The notes under the pieces were generated by a model. The model made no database searches. It was not told the origin of the DNA and saw nothing but the letters and a program-made list of their open reading frames with translations. This document shows positions 23,923 to 37,230 of a stretch of 64,000 nt of DNA, piece by piece. The translations under genes were made by a program, and so were the position numbers. This stretch comes from Catajapyx aquilonaris. Its lineage: Eukaryota. Within the stretch, counting starts at the first letter, position 1; each line of letters begins with the position of its first letter. The stretch covers positions 1 to 64,000 of the forward strand of contig KZ538429.1 in NCBI GenBank assembly GCA_000934665.2, read 5' to 3'.

Positions 23923-24658
23923 CAAAGAGTTCTGCTATAATATATAAATACCTAGAGGAAGTACTCCCTATCCTTTCCTATTAGCCAGGCTGAGGCAGCC
24001 GCCATCTTTACTAGGCCCATATTGTTGCCTGCCTCACATTTCACTCAAAGTGCTCTCTCTAGGTATTATTATATGCTACCAGGTTTATACCGGAGTTGCC
24101 CGGGTATGTTACGGTGGTAGGGCTATATCTATAAATGAGGATGTTTGTGGGTGTGTTTGTTCGCTATAGAAATCCAGGGGAATGCCCCTACACCGCCTTA
24201 AAACTACTGTCCTTATGGGCCATTGTGTAGTTATTGAAAGCAATAAGCCAAAGTTTTTCATTGCCTGTAAATGGGTCAATCTGGTGTCTCGACAATGCAA
24301 TTCTGGAACTTCACACGTTGAGTTTCCTTGAAAATGCTCACAAACAAAAACAGTATAGTTAACAGTCCCCATTCTTGTCTTCAAAATCTCACGAATTACT
24401 CTGTAGTGAGGACATCTCCATGGAAATTTGAAATGTGGTAATATTATTAAAAGAGCACAGTGAGTGGAGTTACGAATGTTGTGGGAGTTAGGCTCATTTT
24501 CGGGAGCTAAAACACACGGCGTTAAATTCCTCGAAAAATGTAACCCCCGATGAGCTATAGTTTAAGGTGGTGTCCCCTGGATTTCTATAAGGGACAAACA
24601 AACAAACTCACGAACATCCTTATTTATTGATATAGAGATATTATAGCAGAACTCTTTG
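23923..24658. mobile_element. P/hAT-type MITE with 8-bp TSD, containing a nested Helitron-like insert
   Basis: TIR caaagagttctgctataatat / atattatagcagaactctttg; TSD atgaggcg / atgaggcc. Confidence 0.8.
24076..24639 (-). mobile_element. Non-autonomous Helitron-like element with an inverted duplication of its end
   Basis: Subterminal hairpin ccggagttgcccgg near 24090-24103; (CAAA)n microsatellite next to a tatagagat end; 24124-24181 is an inverted copy of 24573-24636. Confidence 0.5.
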
Positions 24659-27600
24659 ATGAGGCCTGACTTGTCAAACAACTCCCAAACAACTGTTGTT
24701 CCATGGTAACAAAAAAAAACAAATCAAATATTATAACGTACTCTGATTAAGTGTGGCCATGTGGCATTTGAAATACTACTCCGTTTAGTCTAGGACTCTA
24801 GGTCAACGGGGGATGAAGAAGAAAGCCCAATCTGGCCACACAAGACACAACAGAGGTGTTACCCCCAACACTGGTCCCCCACAGGTTGGTCACCACAAAC
24901 TCATCGACGGGCATTACCCCTCCTGATTGTCATTGTTGTGGAAATGCATTGGGGTGGAGGAAGGAGTCAACTCCTTGAATGGGGTCAGCAGAGAGAAACG
25001 TGGTTGGAGAGCCTTCAGCAGACTGCCCTCTTCGACGTCACGTAAAGTGCCGCTATCCACCGGTACCCCCATAATATCCCCCACTCCTTTTCAACCCCTT
25101 CACTTCCCACCATACCCTACTCTGAACCTGGTTTCGCTCGGAGCCAAATCAGTCTTGCAAATGAAGGGGGGAGGCGCTCCCCTCCACACATACACACACC
25201 CCTTTTCCACGGTGCGTGGAGGCATCCTGGCCCTCGGGACATGCAATCGGACCAGGAGGGGGAGGAGGACGCCGTCTAATTAGTCCGGTGTCTTCAACCT
25301 CGGCTCCATAATATCAAGCACAAATTTTGGCTACAACGCGACAATTGAGTAGCAACATACCATCCACACACGCACAACAGCCAGCAGTGTCGGTGTCATC
25401 AACCTCTACGTCAAGGGACCGCCTTACACCATAGAAGTGGATCTTCCCCAGTTGAGACAACAACAAAAAAGCCTCTTGGCTTCTTCAGATCAATACCGAC
25501 TATGTGCAGGGCACCGACGCAATGTGCCAGTGGCCCATAATCGACAGTGATTTTCAACACAAAGCAGTGGAAAGTACAGTGAAACTTGTCACGTTGGCCT
25601 CCTTAATGTGTCGGCCATCTCCCTACGTTGGACGTTATTTTTGGAACCGTCAAAAATTGTCAAAAAGCCTATCCCCCTGTAAATGTAATGTTGCTAAGTT
25701 GGACACCCCTCTACCTTGGAAGTTGGAACACTTTTTCTCTCTTAAGTTGGACAAGTACAGTACTACAGTAGTTGAAGTTCTGGGGTTGTGACGGGTCAGG
25801 CGAGTGGAACAACAAGGTTGCAATTTGCAAAACTTGTGTGGTAGTAACTGTCAGGTGGCCCAAGTGCTCTCCATATAAATATTTGGCCAATATACGGCCG
25901 GCTTTTATAATCTATAACAAAAATGGTTTTCACGTGTGTCGTTCGCACACAGTTTCGTGCTTTTATAGTGAAAAGGCGTGCACATAATTGGACATGCAAT
26001 GCCACATTTCATGTTTGAGCACTTTCAGCAATGCCGTCCCACTTGAACACAACCGGCACCTTTTTAGTTGTTTTTCACTCACACGTAATAATTTTATACT
26101 ATTCAAAGCAGATGAATAGGACAGTGTAAAGCCAAATCAACTTCCGCCTGTAAATGTGACCTCGGAAATTCATAAGTATTGGGATGCCGTTAGGATGTGC
26201 CGCAAGCCCCTACAAAAGGGGGCCCCCTCCCATTTTCAGTTTTGCTGCCCACAAAACCAAATACGAGACACCATAGGGCACCACAAAAAATAGGATAAGT
26301 GGAGGTGCCTGACTCAGCACAGATCGTTCCTTGTCTCTCTCTTCAGGCCATTGCATCATGCCCATCTTTGGTTCATAAGCATTCCTTACCGGAAAAAAAC
26401 ACACACTTGATATAATGACTCGGTCATTCCCTCGCGTGAAAACCGAAAGTTTTCCATAATGTTCTTCAGCAGAGCGAGACAACACGTACAGTAAATAAAA
26501 CTGCTGGCACATTCACCTCAAAGGTCCGTCACAGCCTCTGCTTACAAGCTCATAAACAAGTCGCATCAAGCCCCATTCGATTATTTCCCCTTCTCTTCAT
26601 TCCCCGAAACCTATTCGGGTATTGAATGGAAAGCGTGACTATTTTTCCCGACCAGCTCCTTTTTCTTTGATGGTGCACCCCCAGAAAAAGAGAAAGTACA
26701 ATGCACGATTCCTCAGTTGACATTACATCCGCACAAGTCTGTTCAAAATTTCACACTTGCCATCAAATTGGGCGGAACTTGGGGGGTCAATCGTACACTA
26801 TACTTGACACTCCCTGGCAATTGACTTGAGAAAACCTTGTGTTCCGCCCTGATTGCCAGCCGAAAATCAACCCAAATTAGTTGGGTGTCAGTGGGTGCCC
26901 CCCTGCAAAGCCCACGGCAGAAGCTGAGGAGCAGATATTTCAAATACCAAGGTGATGGTCTGCAGGTTCAAGTAACGGGACGCACCGCAAAAACCACATT
27001 CAAACTGTGCTGCCGTTTGCCAAAACCCATCCAGACTCCGCCCAACTACACTGCAGCCTCACCACAAGACAGCACCCTGTGCTACAACAATACCTATATC
27101 CACACCGCATAGTCTTTTTTTATTTAAAAAATGCGCACTCGAGAAGAATCACAGTGCAAGGTCCCGTATAGCTTCCCTTCATTGTGCACATCCGGATGCA
27201 ATTTTGTCCCGCTGCATTTCACACGCACGTCATACTTCGTGTGAGGTAGGCTATACAACCTGATAGTCACATTGATTCACGGGCTCACACGACGTAAATT
27301 CTTGTCAAATTTTTATGCGTACATGTGATTAGAAACGCCATGTTCCTAGGGTGTAATTTGAGTCAATCGTGGGTTATGTGATGGCAACCTCTGCCTGGTA
27401 CGCCCCCGCCGACTGACGTGGGTTATGCGAAAAGCCGGACGTGAAGATGCAAGAAAAAAAAATGCAAGATATAAGTTTACGTAAGTACGGCGTGACTCTG
27501 CCTTTCCACTGCTATGGGTGACTCTGAATGGAATGTTCCGCATTACTAGTACTTGCATAAAGTCGCAAGCAGGCCAAGGTCGAAACAAAGACTCAGAAGG

Positions 27601-28055
27601 TGAGACAATCAGGATCAGGTGCTTTTCCGCCAATATCTATTGTGCGTATTTGCAATTCAAAAATGGCGTTGTTATGTGATCACCACTAACCAGTGGAGAT
27701 ATGTTTCTCCGCTGGCGGTTAACATGTTTTTCTCCCGATACCCTCACAATTTATTAGTAAGTCAATGGGAAATTTCCTCACAAGGTTAATGCCAAATTGA
27801 GCACCCGAGCGGGTAGTCACTTCTGGTGATCCGAGGTGATCCGCAGTGATCCTGTGCATTTGGTGATCTAGTGTGGAGTGACTACCCCCTTGGGAGCACC
27901 AAATATCGGATGAGAATATCCCAGCCAGCCACACCTTATTACATCAGTACATTCCCAAGGAACAGTAATACAAGTAGCTTCAGCCAAGATAGCAAAAATT
28001 AACACCACTTGGCAGCGCATCTAAATGCCGACGATTACACGGTTATTGTACTCAC

Positions 28056-28106
28056 CAGCATGTGTCGCGATGGAGAGATGACAGTCTATCCTTCGGTCGA
28101 TACGGT
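28056..28106 (-). other. Candidate 51-nt upstream exon of smash/LMO7 (likely 5' UTR or short coding)
   Basis: Strong acceptor tttctctccttccag and strong donor CTG|gtgagt. Confidence 0.5.
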
Positions 28107-31100
28107 CTGGAAGGAGAGAAACAATAAGCTTTTCAAGAAAATGCTCAATGCTATTAAATGGCAATTATCACAAGTGAACGCGTGACGAGGCGACCTTTAC
28201 TTAGAACAATTGCATAACGTAGACGTTACAGGCTCAAGGTTTACCTTCCGTGCGGTGAGTCACAAGTAGCATTCAAACATGTTCGTTTCTTTGTGTGTGT
28301 GTGTCTGTGTGTGACCCATTTGTTTGAGCGCGTGGAAAATCTGGCGTCACGTGATTACATATATATTTTTTTCACCGCCTACACATACACACCCAGGCTC
28401 TTGAGAGTGACCGAGAAGCCTAAACCTTGCTCAACTAGTCCCTCTCCTGGCCCCATTTCTCCAAATGCACTCTTCATTCAGCTCGTGTGGTCGTAGCCTT
28501 TTATGGCTCATTTATATGCCTCTCACTTAGGCAACAGGCCTATACCCGGAATTACAATTTGCGGCCACGATAGATTAAATGCACGGATTGTTGTCAGAGG
28601 CGCCCGTCAAAACAACAACAAAATAAACAGTTTCAGAATAATTAACCTCCGAAGAATTTTTGGTTTAGGACTACATGCTTATGATATTATTTTTATGACG
28701 CATTGAAGGGCCATGCTATATCTGCTAGTAATGATATCATAAATCACCAAAATGCTATACAGCTTAACACGAATAGTGGTGATTGCAAAAATCATTTTTT
28801 AACTTGTCGGGATATTATCAGAATAGTTATAATAAAAATATTTTAAATGTCTGGCATAACTTTACGTGTGTAATGTCCGCCTTGCAGTTATGCTCAGGCA
28901 TTTTTAGACCCGTAGGCTAACAACAACACTGGGTTACGAGGAAATTAAGCTTGTTACGCCTGATACCTACAGTATGTGATCAAGGTCCGTATATCAGCAG
29001 CAACGTTTTGTGTTGAAAGTAATACAATAGCAGCCCTGGCCCATAACCACCTGCGCTTCAAGCACACGGACGATTTCACAGCCATTACCGCCACCAATAA
29101 TGCCATGCATCACCATACTTAAGTAACATTTTGTAACAATTTATTTTGCCTACCGTGCCGTATACACGTCCAAACCCGTTCGTAAAACAGAAATCATGAT
29201 CTCAGGCTGTAGCAATCCAATTCCCGAGTTTCTAAATACCTGATACCGTTCAGAAATTACAATAACAAGCCCCTCCGACTCCAGTACAAAATGCCTCTGG
29301 CATTTTCCTCCTTTGGAAAGATGCACATTCCACCAGCCTTGTGCAATAATTAAATCCCCCACCCCCCACCCCGCTCCTTATTGGTATTCCGTTCGGGTAT
29401 TGGGCCAGTAGAATGCAGGTGTAAATGTCTAACCTGTTTTTGTGTGTATGTGCTCTTACATGCTCGTCCTTAGGGCAACGCATCTACTGGAAAACTGGGC
29501 GTCCCAGAATTTAGGACAACCCGGCAAGCCCTCGCACACAACAATCGTAATTACGACAATGTAAATGGCAGGAGGTGTTCTTTTCACATTTGAAAGAAAT
29601 TAATCGGGCATCGCATGGAACGGAGCAGTGACCTGAAGGATGGCCATCCTCCAAATGAGCTAAATTGTTGAAAAATGAGAACCACCAAGTGCAACTTTCC
29701 CACTTTTACTTCCGACGGCTGATTTCCGGCCAATAAGAACGGAAAACAAAATGGAGAAGAGAAAACTGCTAACATGCTAAATGTGTGGTTATTCCAAACG
29801 TATTTAGAGAAGTTGGGTTTTAAAACGGGAGGAATATTTAAAAATCCTTGCGAACTAGGTCCGGTCGACAACAATGGTTGGAAGATGTGGGCCTTTGATT
29901 CAGAGAATGGAAAAAAAGGAAGTGCATATTGAATGAGCTACAATCCGTCAAGTCGCACGTTTTCTCCTGGTTGAATGAGAGCGGAAGTTTCCTTCTAAGC
30001 GTGAGATGATCACGATTTCGTTTCGAAGAAATCCTGTGTCACTGCAATTTTCCATTCAAGCTGCACCGTACATGACGCTTTAATTGCAGTCATTACGATG
30101 GGAATCAGGAGTAGCATCATTTCATGCGTGCCAGGCAATGATGTTACTTACGTAGTATTTATTTTTACGTGTGTGTTATTACGCAGCACTTGTAACTGTT
30201 TACTGGTGTAATGAAACTGGGTCGCCTGGGTGGTAGTGAGAAGTCATAAATTTCTGTATATTATCCGGTATCATGCCAATTCGCCCGATGCACATTTGTC
30301 CGCCGTACAAACTCGCCCGCAGTGCATAATTTCCGTACATTAGGTTTCAGTTATCGGTTCTATATCAATAATAATTTAAAAATAGCAGCTTGTAATAACA
30401 TAGGCCGAAGGGGCATCCGTGAACGGTCACCATTGCAGGTGAGTACAAATGTACGGTAAATACATGTACGGCGGAGGAGTTGTCTTCGGTTAAAAATTTA
30501 ATCGACAATTTAAACACACCCTAATCATCCAAATAAATGCAGACTTTACGTTCCATTGTAAAAGCATGTATAATAGACGCGCCTTCAATTCTCCATTCGA
30601 ATATCTCTAAACACGGTGCCAATTTGAGGCCAATTTAAAGGCGTATTTTGCCCTCAAAAATTCGCAACCACTTTTTTTGTTGTAATGATGTCTATTCAAA
30701 ATTCCAGCGCCGCAGGAGCTGTCAAAGCGTGCTGAAAAGAAGTTCTTTCAACACAAGCAAAAAAGAAGCTCACGTGTAGGGGCCTTGGCAAGATCCAGTC
30801 GAGTTCAAAAATAGACCTCTCCCTAGCTATTTGCATGTTTTACCTGCCTTCCTCGTGAGAACCTAGAAGATGGGAGAACCGGAACCTAGGTATAAGGGGA
30901 ATTCATCTTCACAGGGAAAAATTTCCCCCCAACATGAATCATCTACTGGGGGTGAAAACTATGGATAGGCCGAGATCAGTTAGAATGATGAAGTTAGCCA
31001 AGGAATGGTTTACAATGAATAACGAGATTTTACTTTCTCCAGACACGAGGGGATAGTACTGATGAAAACACCGTCCATAACACAGGTGCCAAAATCTCCA

Positions 31101-34100
31101 CGTTGCACCAACATGTTTACAGCGAGGCTCCAGGGCAAAATGTTGATGTTTATGTTGTCTCTCTTGAGTCTGATTAAGGACTGAGGATGTTTAACCATAA
31201 CAAGTGCGCAATATCAAGACTTAGAAGTGGAATTTTCCGGCGCATTCAATAACAGGCGGCCATCAAAATCATACATTCTCCTATGATGTCCCAGAAAGGT
31301 ACCGTATACACTGAGAAAATTTTCTGCTCATAAAATGATGCCAAATGTTCGACATTTTACTTAATTTGACTATTGTACATCCTCTCTTCGTATAGGCCTA
31401 CTTATATTGCCTGCATGTGCTGACATATTCGATGGAATGCGGGAAAGGTAATTTTTTATGGCATATTTAAATCATGGCGAACTTGTCAATCAATCTGAAA
31501 TCCGATCTGCAACCTATAGCCTACTGTTCACGTTGGTTTACAACCTCATGCGGCATTCCACAATGGTAATGCCCCGAACATCCCCACACATGTTAAAGCC
31601 CATTCACACAACCTCTTATTTTTCGCAAACCAGCTTTATAGAAGCTCTCTCGCCACAAGTACTGGTAGCTTCTAAAACGGGAACAAGTGGATGTATGAAC
31701 AGACAATTACAAATGTACAAATGTAGCGTGTGCAAAACTACAATAGCCTATAATGAGATTAATCGAGATATGCTCGAATTATTTTTTAATTTTTCTTTTT
31801 ACGAGCAAATATAACATCTGCACAAGTATCCAGGTATTACAATAATTTTATATACAGTATTTCTAAATTTTAAATTCTAATTTCTATAATGTAACTTTGC
31901 AATCGTTCAAGTGTCCCCTATAGGGGACAATATGAATATACGTACTGTACGTATGGGTTAATACTTGAACTTTCAAATGAACGTAAGGAACTTGATGAAT
32001 TTAAATTCTACCATTTCTCATGCAAAATTCCCTGTGGGCGACTCAAAGAACCGTTCGTATGACAAGACATGAACCCGAATTCACGCGTCTGCATTAGGCC
32101 AGTTATCGCGGTCCCCAGCAACCTATGACAAGGGTCCGTTAAAATTTTCAACGGGTCCTCAATTAGCGGCTCCGGGAATGTCCCGAGACGTAAAGGTGTA
32201 AATGTCCCTGTGACCAATCGCTCCTGGCAGACATCCCAAACAACCTGATTCAGACGACATGTGTGTCATGGGCCGGCACGGAATTATGATGACTTTTTTC
32301 TCTCTCTCTCTCTCCAAGTGTCTCGCCTTTTTTTCTTTTTCTTTCGGTTCTTGTCTGAGGCCTAGGATACCGAGTAGGAAGTGGAGGCGACTCTTACGAA
32401 GGACCTGACACAATTAATTATCCGAAAGCACCATCACCGGCAGTCAAGGTGGACGGCCACGTCTTTTCAAAATATCAAGGCTGTACCCACGGGGCAACTT
32501 TTAGGATAGAAAATGTGGAAGGCTGACCGGAAAGCAATCTTCTGTGCTGTAAAACTGTGCTCAATTGAGTCGCCTTTTACACCAGGCGATCAACACGACC
32601 GAAATATAAATCCGCAATGGGTCAGCGGGTCAGCTGTCAATGACTTTAGAGTGCAATAAAATTGGTCATTTTCTGCACATGTTTAGGGTTCGTATTTTGT
32701 CACACTCGATCACAAGTAGGAAAATATCACGTGCTAACTGGACACGAATTGAAAGCAAAGGGGGTTTGGCACTAACGCCATTCTGTACTTGCTTTGGCAT
32801 ATGCTTGACATCCCCATTTGCTTAGAAGGCAGTCAGCGAATTCGGCTGAAAATAACTAGCAGACAGGTCCTGATCTAGGCGATAATCAGCAATTATCCAA
32901 GCGCAACTAAAGCGGACACACTACTCCAGTGACTACACTCCTGAGGCGTCCAAAATAGATGACCCCCAAAGCCCGAGTCGGGGACTATTAACATGCCAAA
33001 CTCGTGTGTCAGTCTTTTTAGCCATGTGTACCAAAGGCCCATAACTCATCGGGGACCGCTGCTGCTTGTTTACACTTAGGAATTGATTTCACTCCTATCG
33101 CAATTTCTCATCTTTGGAGCGCCCTATGATTGTTTACAAGTTTGGTCGAGCAGCCCCTGAAGAACACACACGCATCTACCTAAAAAATCTGAACCATGGC
33201 ACAAAAAAATGCCGAAAATAACCGGGGACGTAAAGAAGGTTGCATGTATAGGAGGTGAAAGACCCGCTTTTTAATTCCACTGGTTTCATTCCTGCTATGT
33301 TGCCAATGCCAATTTCCAGTCCAATTTCATCCCAAGTACCAAAAAAAATTCGCAAAACTAGTTAGGTAGTATCGTCTTTTGGTTGTCCTTCGCTAGGTAC
33401 GGTTATGAGACCCATTTGCCAAGTTGGGCAAGTAGATTCGTTATCTGGGATGCAAACAAAAAAAAAAAACTATACATGTGTCCAACCTCCGCCAATAAAA
33501 CAACTTCAGCGACCAACCAGTGGATAGGGAAGCACGTGCGAAAAGTGGAACTTGGCTTACTCCAGTCAAGGATCATGTGGAAGAAAAACGGACTCGAACA
33601 AGTCAAAGAAGAAGGGGAGGTTTTGGAAGGGGGGTGGGGGAAGCGGTTCTTTGCCTTTCAAAAGCGGCCTCAAGGTTCTTGGACACACTCGAGTCGCGGA
33701 TTCCTTCAAACAATGCCAATGTTTGCTATTGTTTAGTCTGGAAATAAGGTTTCCAGAGTTGCGCTGCTCAGGGGCTTCAAAATTATGTCAATACTGAATT
33801 GCACATGAAACAAACGCAATTACTGTCGTCACAATGCAAATTAACATTGTTACACATATGCGAGACGGAAAAAATTGTTTTATCGCTGGTCATTTAATAT
33901 CAATAAACGGTATTACTCCAAATAATTACTTTCATACAATATATGAGGAGCTCGAAAGCAAAAGCAGCTAAGTCCATAATAATAAATTTTACAGGAGAGG
34001 AGAAAACCCTGTCATCGGGAAACTGTTGCAAACTGAAAGTAGCCGATATGGGAGTCATGAGATGGCATTTTTATGCATTTTTAACTGTAAGTTTTGAAAA

Positions 34101-34198
34101 TCCTGGATTGGTAGTTTAGCCACAAAGTTGGAGATCGGTCTGGTTCTAGCTGGTTTTGTTGAAAAAAAGTTTTTTTCCCCACATATTTTTTTTTAAAA

Positions 34199-34455
34199 CC
34201 CTGGAACCGTGACGTGGGGTCATTTAGGACCCCAAAGGAATTAAAATGCATTAAAATGACAATTACAATGAACTTTTGCCATTTTAAAAAGCATATAACA
34301 GGAAGTGCATGTTTATTTTGAATTAGCGATCATTTTAGGCATTGTTCAAAGAATGATTGCATATTATAGTCAATACATTGAAAAGTATTATAAAAAATTA
34401 ATAAAAATGTAAATATGGATGGGGCCCTAAAAGACCCCACGTCACGGTTCCAGGG
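34199..34455. mobile_element. piggyBac-like MITE
   Basis: TIR ccctggaaccgtgacgtggggtc / gaccccacgtcacggttccaggg; TTAA on the right, degenerate ttaaaa on the left. Confidence 0.75.
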
Positions 34456-37009
34456 TTAACAATATGGAGAGTGTTAAAATGCGGATTACACTACTCATGA
34501 GACAGTCTCATGTGTATGTTTCATAGAGATACGAAAAAAATACATTTAACACATTTAACATTATGGAATCGCATTGGAGCTGGCTTGATATCAACACAAA
34601 CTTGGATCTAGCCGCTTTTTCATGAATCATAGCTTGGATGTAGCTGTTTTTATATTTGGAGCCATTTTACACCCATCCCTATGTGGCTGTGCTACACCAC
34701 CTTTGAGTACTGTACTGGGTAGAGGACAACATGGAGAATCCAGTGCCACTTCAAACTCATTTTTTCCCCACGGTCGGATCGAGCTGATTTTGCTTGGGTT
34801 CTCCTCATATAGTAGGCCTATACTTGTGTTTATTTTGTTTTTAACGAGAACAGTCTAGTCATTAATTTCTCGAGTTTAGAGCCCATACAGTAAATAATAC
34901 TTTATTATTAGACATTATATACACGAAGCCAATGCCCCCATAATTACGTTTAACCTCCGCCAACTCTACAGTGCAGTGTTTGTTTGAACAAACACGACAG
35001 CACCCAAAATATGGCCCTTTAAAAATCTTTCGTTATGATTGACTCTATATTCGCATATTACATCTCCAGAAGGGTCATTCACCATGTCAACAAGACCCAG
35101 CCTCATAATTTATCACGTTCCACAGTAGTGACTCCGAACAAACCCCTGCCCTGGAGGAAATCACGCCCATCAGCTGTCGGACATCCCAATCAATCAGAGA
35201 ATCACGCAGTCGTCACAACTGGGCCAAGAAAGTGGTTCCATTTTACCCCTGAAGGTAGATCCGCCAGCAAAAGGGGGCCTCTCAGCCAATCAAACCACAT
35301 CATTACGCAGCTTCCTCACATCTCGTCGTACCCGTTACTTCCTTCCCAAATGACTCCCAGACGCGATTGTAATTCAAGAACCGCCTTTTTTATTTCGCGG
35401 AACAGGTTTTGGTAGACTCTGATGATGCAATAGGTTTTGTCACTTGCTTCCCAGCCAGATTTGGGATTTTTCTGGGGGGAAGAAAGTACGTTCCTCAAGG
35501 TTTCCCGCTTACCTGGAGCCCACGCTAAGGTGGGAAATAATCGAGGGTCAGGTCAAGGAGGAAGAACACAAAGGATACACACCCGACAATGTCTTCGTTG
35601 CTTCATTTCAATGGGTGATTGACAGATAAAAAAAACTACCATTATTTATAAGTTATCATGCGCCGGGGACAATGGGTCAAAAGGCTGATACGGACAGTGT
35701 ACACTATGCTGATAACTTGGGCTCCCTGCAGTGTACCTGGCCCAAAATTAGCCCGCGTTTCTAAAGAACCCTCCATTTTCCCCCCAGAAGGTGGCCATGG
35801 GGCAAACTGTTGAACCGGAAGCTGGGTATGAATAGCCCCTGCAAAAACCTACTGTGGCGTAACATTTTCGTGCAGGGTGGGCATCTGGTGCAAAACACAA
35901 ACATTACTCTTAATTTCATATTTGCTGCGTGCAGGGTGCGATCAAAACGGTACCACGACCCTTTACAGGGCATCACATGGTCATTGCACCGACAGTCGTA
36001 CCTTTTCGACTTGTAAAAAGAAGCAGACCTGATCACACATCCATCATTGTGCATGCCTTCCCTTCACCTCCTTTCACAAACCGTGAAGGTCTCTCTCACT
36101 ATTTAATTGGATTCGACTAATTACCCGGGAAACGATGCTGCAACACACCTTTTGCCGTACCCAAATCGGAATCATTTATAAACGGGGTTAGAAGGTATAC
36201 CACTGGTGTATTCAACTCAAGGTCTTGTTGGCGGAAGAAATAGCACGACACGTCCTGAGTGAAACATTTCGGGAGACCGCAGTCGCGTCCCACTCCTTGA
36301 GAATGTCATTTATTTTTTTTGTTTGTTGCGGCCGTGCCGGAGAGCATTTCGACACGGTGGCAGTCCTCCCAGAACATCCAAAATAATCATTACGGTCCTG
36401 GGTTCCCGTAAGAAGTGCAGCTCCCCCCACTAGTTACAACACCCAGTAGGCATGAAGGTCCTCTCTAAATACCTCGGTGGGAAATTTTCATTTCCGTTTT
36501 TGGCTAATAATGTAATAACGGTGCTTGTAACTGTCGATGGGGCTGTAATTAATTGCGCCATTCTTTTTCTATTTAAAAGTGGAAGATTGTACACATTGCT
36601 AACCTTTGACCTGCACTGTCCGCCTGTACCATTTTACTGCGGCGGTTCTCTACATTCCAATATTTACACGGCTCCTGGGTCCTGCGGTTTTGTATGCCTC
36701 CTTCGCAAATGGTTACAAGTCAAGGATGGGGCCTCAATTAGAAGGTTTAAGTGTACGAAGGAAGATGGGCGGGAACCCAAAGTGGCAAAAAGGAAGTCAA
36801 GGGGGTAGGTGGTTGTGGTGGGGGTGACAAAATAAAGTTGCAAACAATTGCGCCCCACCCTCACATCCACCCTCTTTCACGTTCGGGTGTATATCTATAG
36901 ATATCATGACACAAGACAACAACCACACCCACTGGCAACAACACTCACGACGCGCCTAAATCTGTCTTCACCTCACATGTAATCCAATTTTTTTTCCAAT
37001 GAGACTTAC

Positions 37010-37230
37010 GAGTTAAGTAGAGCCAGATAAGTCAGGTGCGGCTTCTGGTAGTTGACTGAAGAAGGAAGGAGTCTGAGCAGATCGATCCTCCACCATGGTA
37101 TCGATCACATGCGCGCTTCACACGCATCCGGGGGGCATATTAACAAACTGTACATGGCTTGAGAGACAGGCGGCCTGGGCCCCGCCCTCCCTCGCTCCGA
37201 TTGGTCCTGCGTCTGGCGCGCTTTTAAAAA
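37010..37230 (-). promoter_or_regulatory. Candidate alternative promoter and non-coding first exon of smash/LMO7
   Basis: CpG-rich; GC box (ccccgccc, about 37180-37187) and CCAAT (attgg on + at 37200-37204) upstream of a perfect donor CTC|gtaagt at 37009. Confidence 0.35.
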
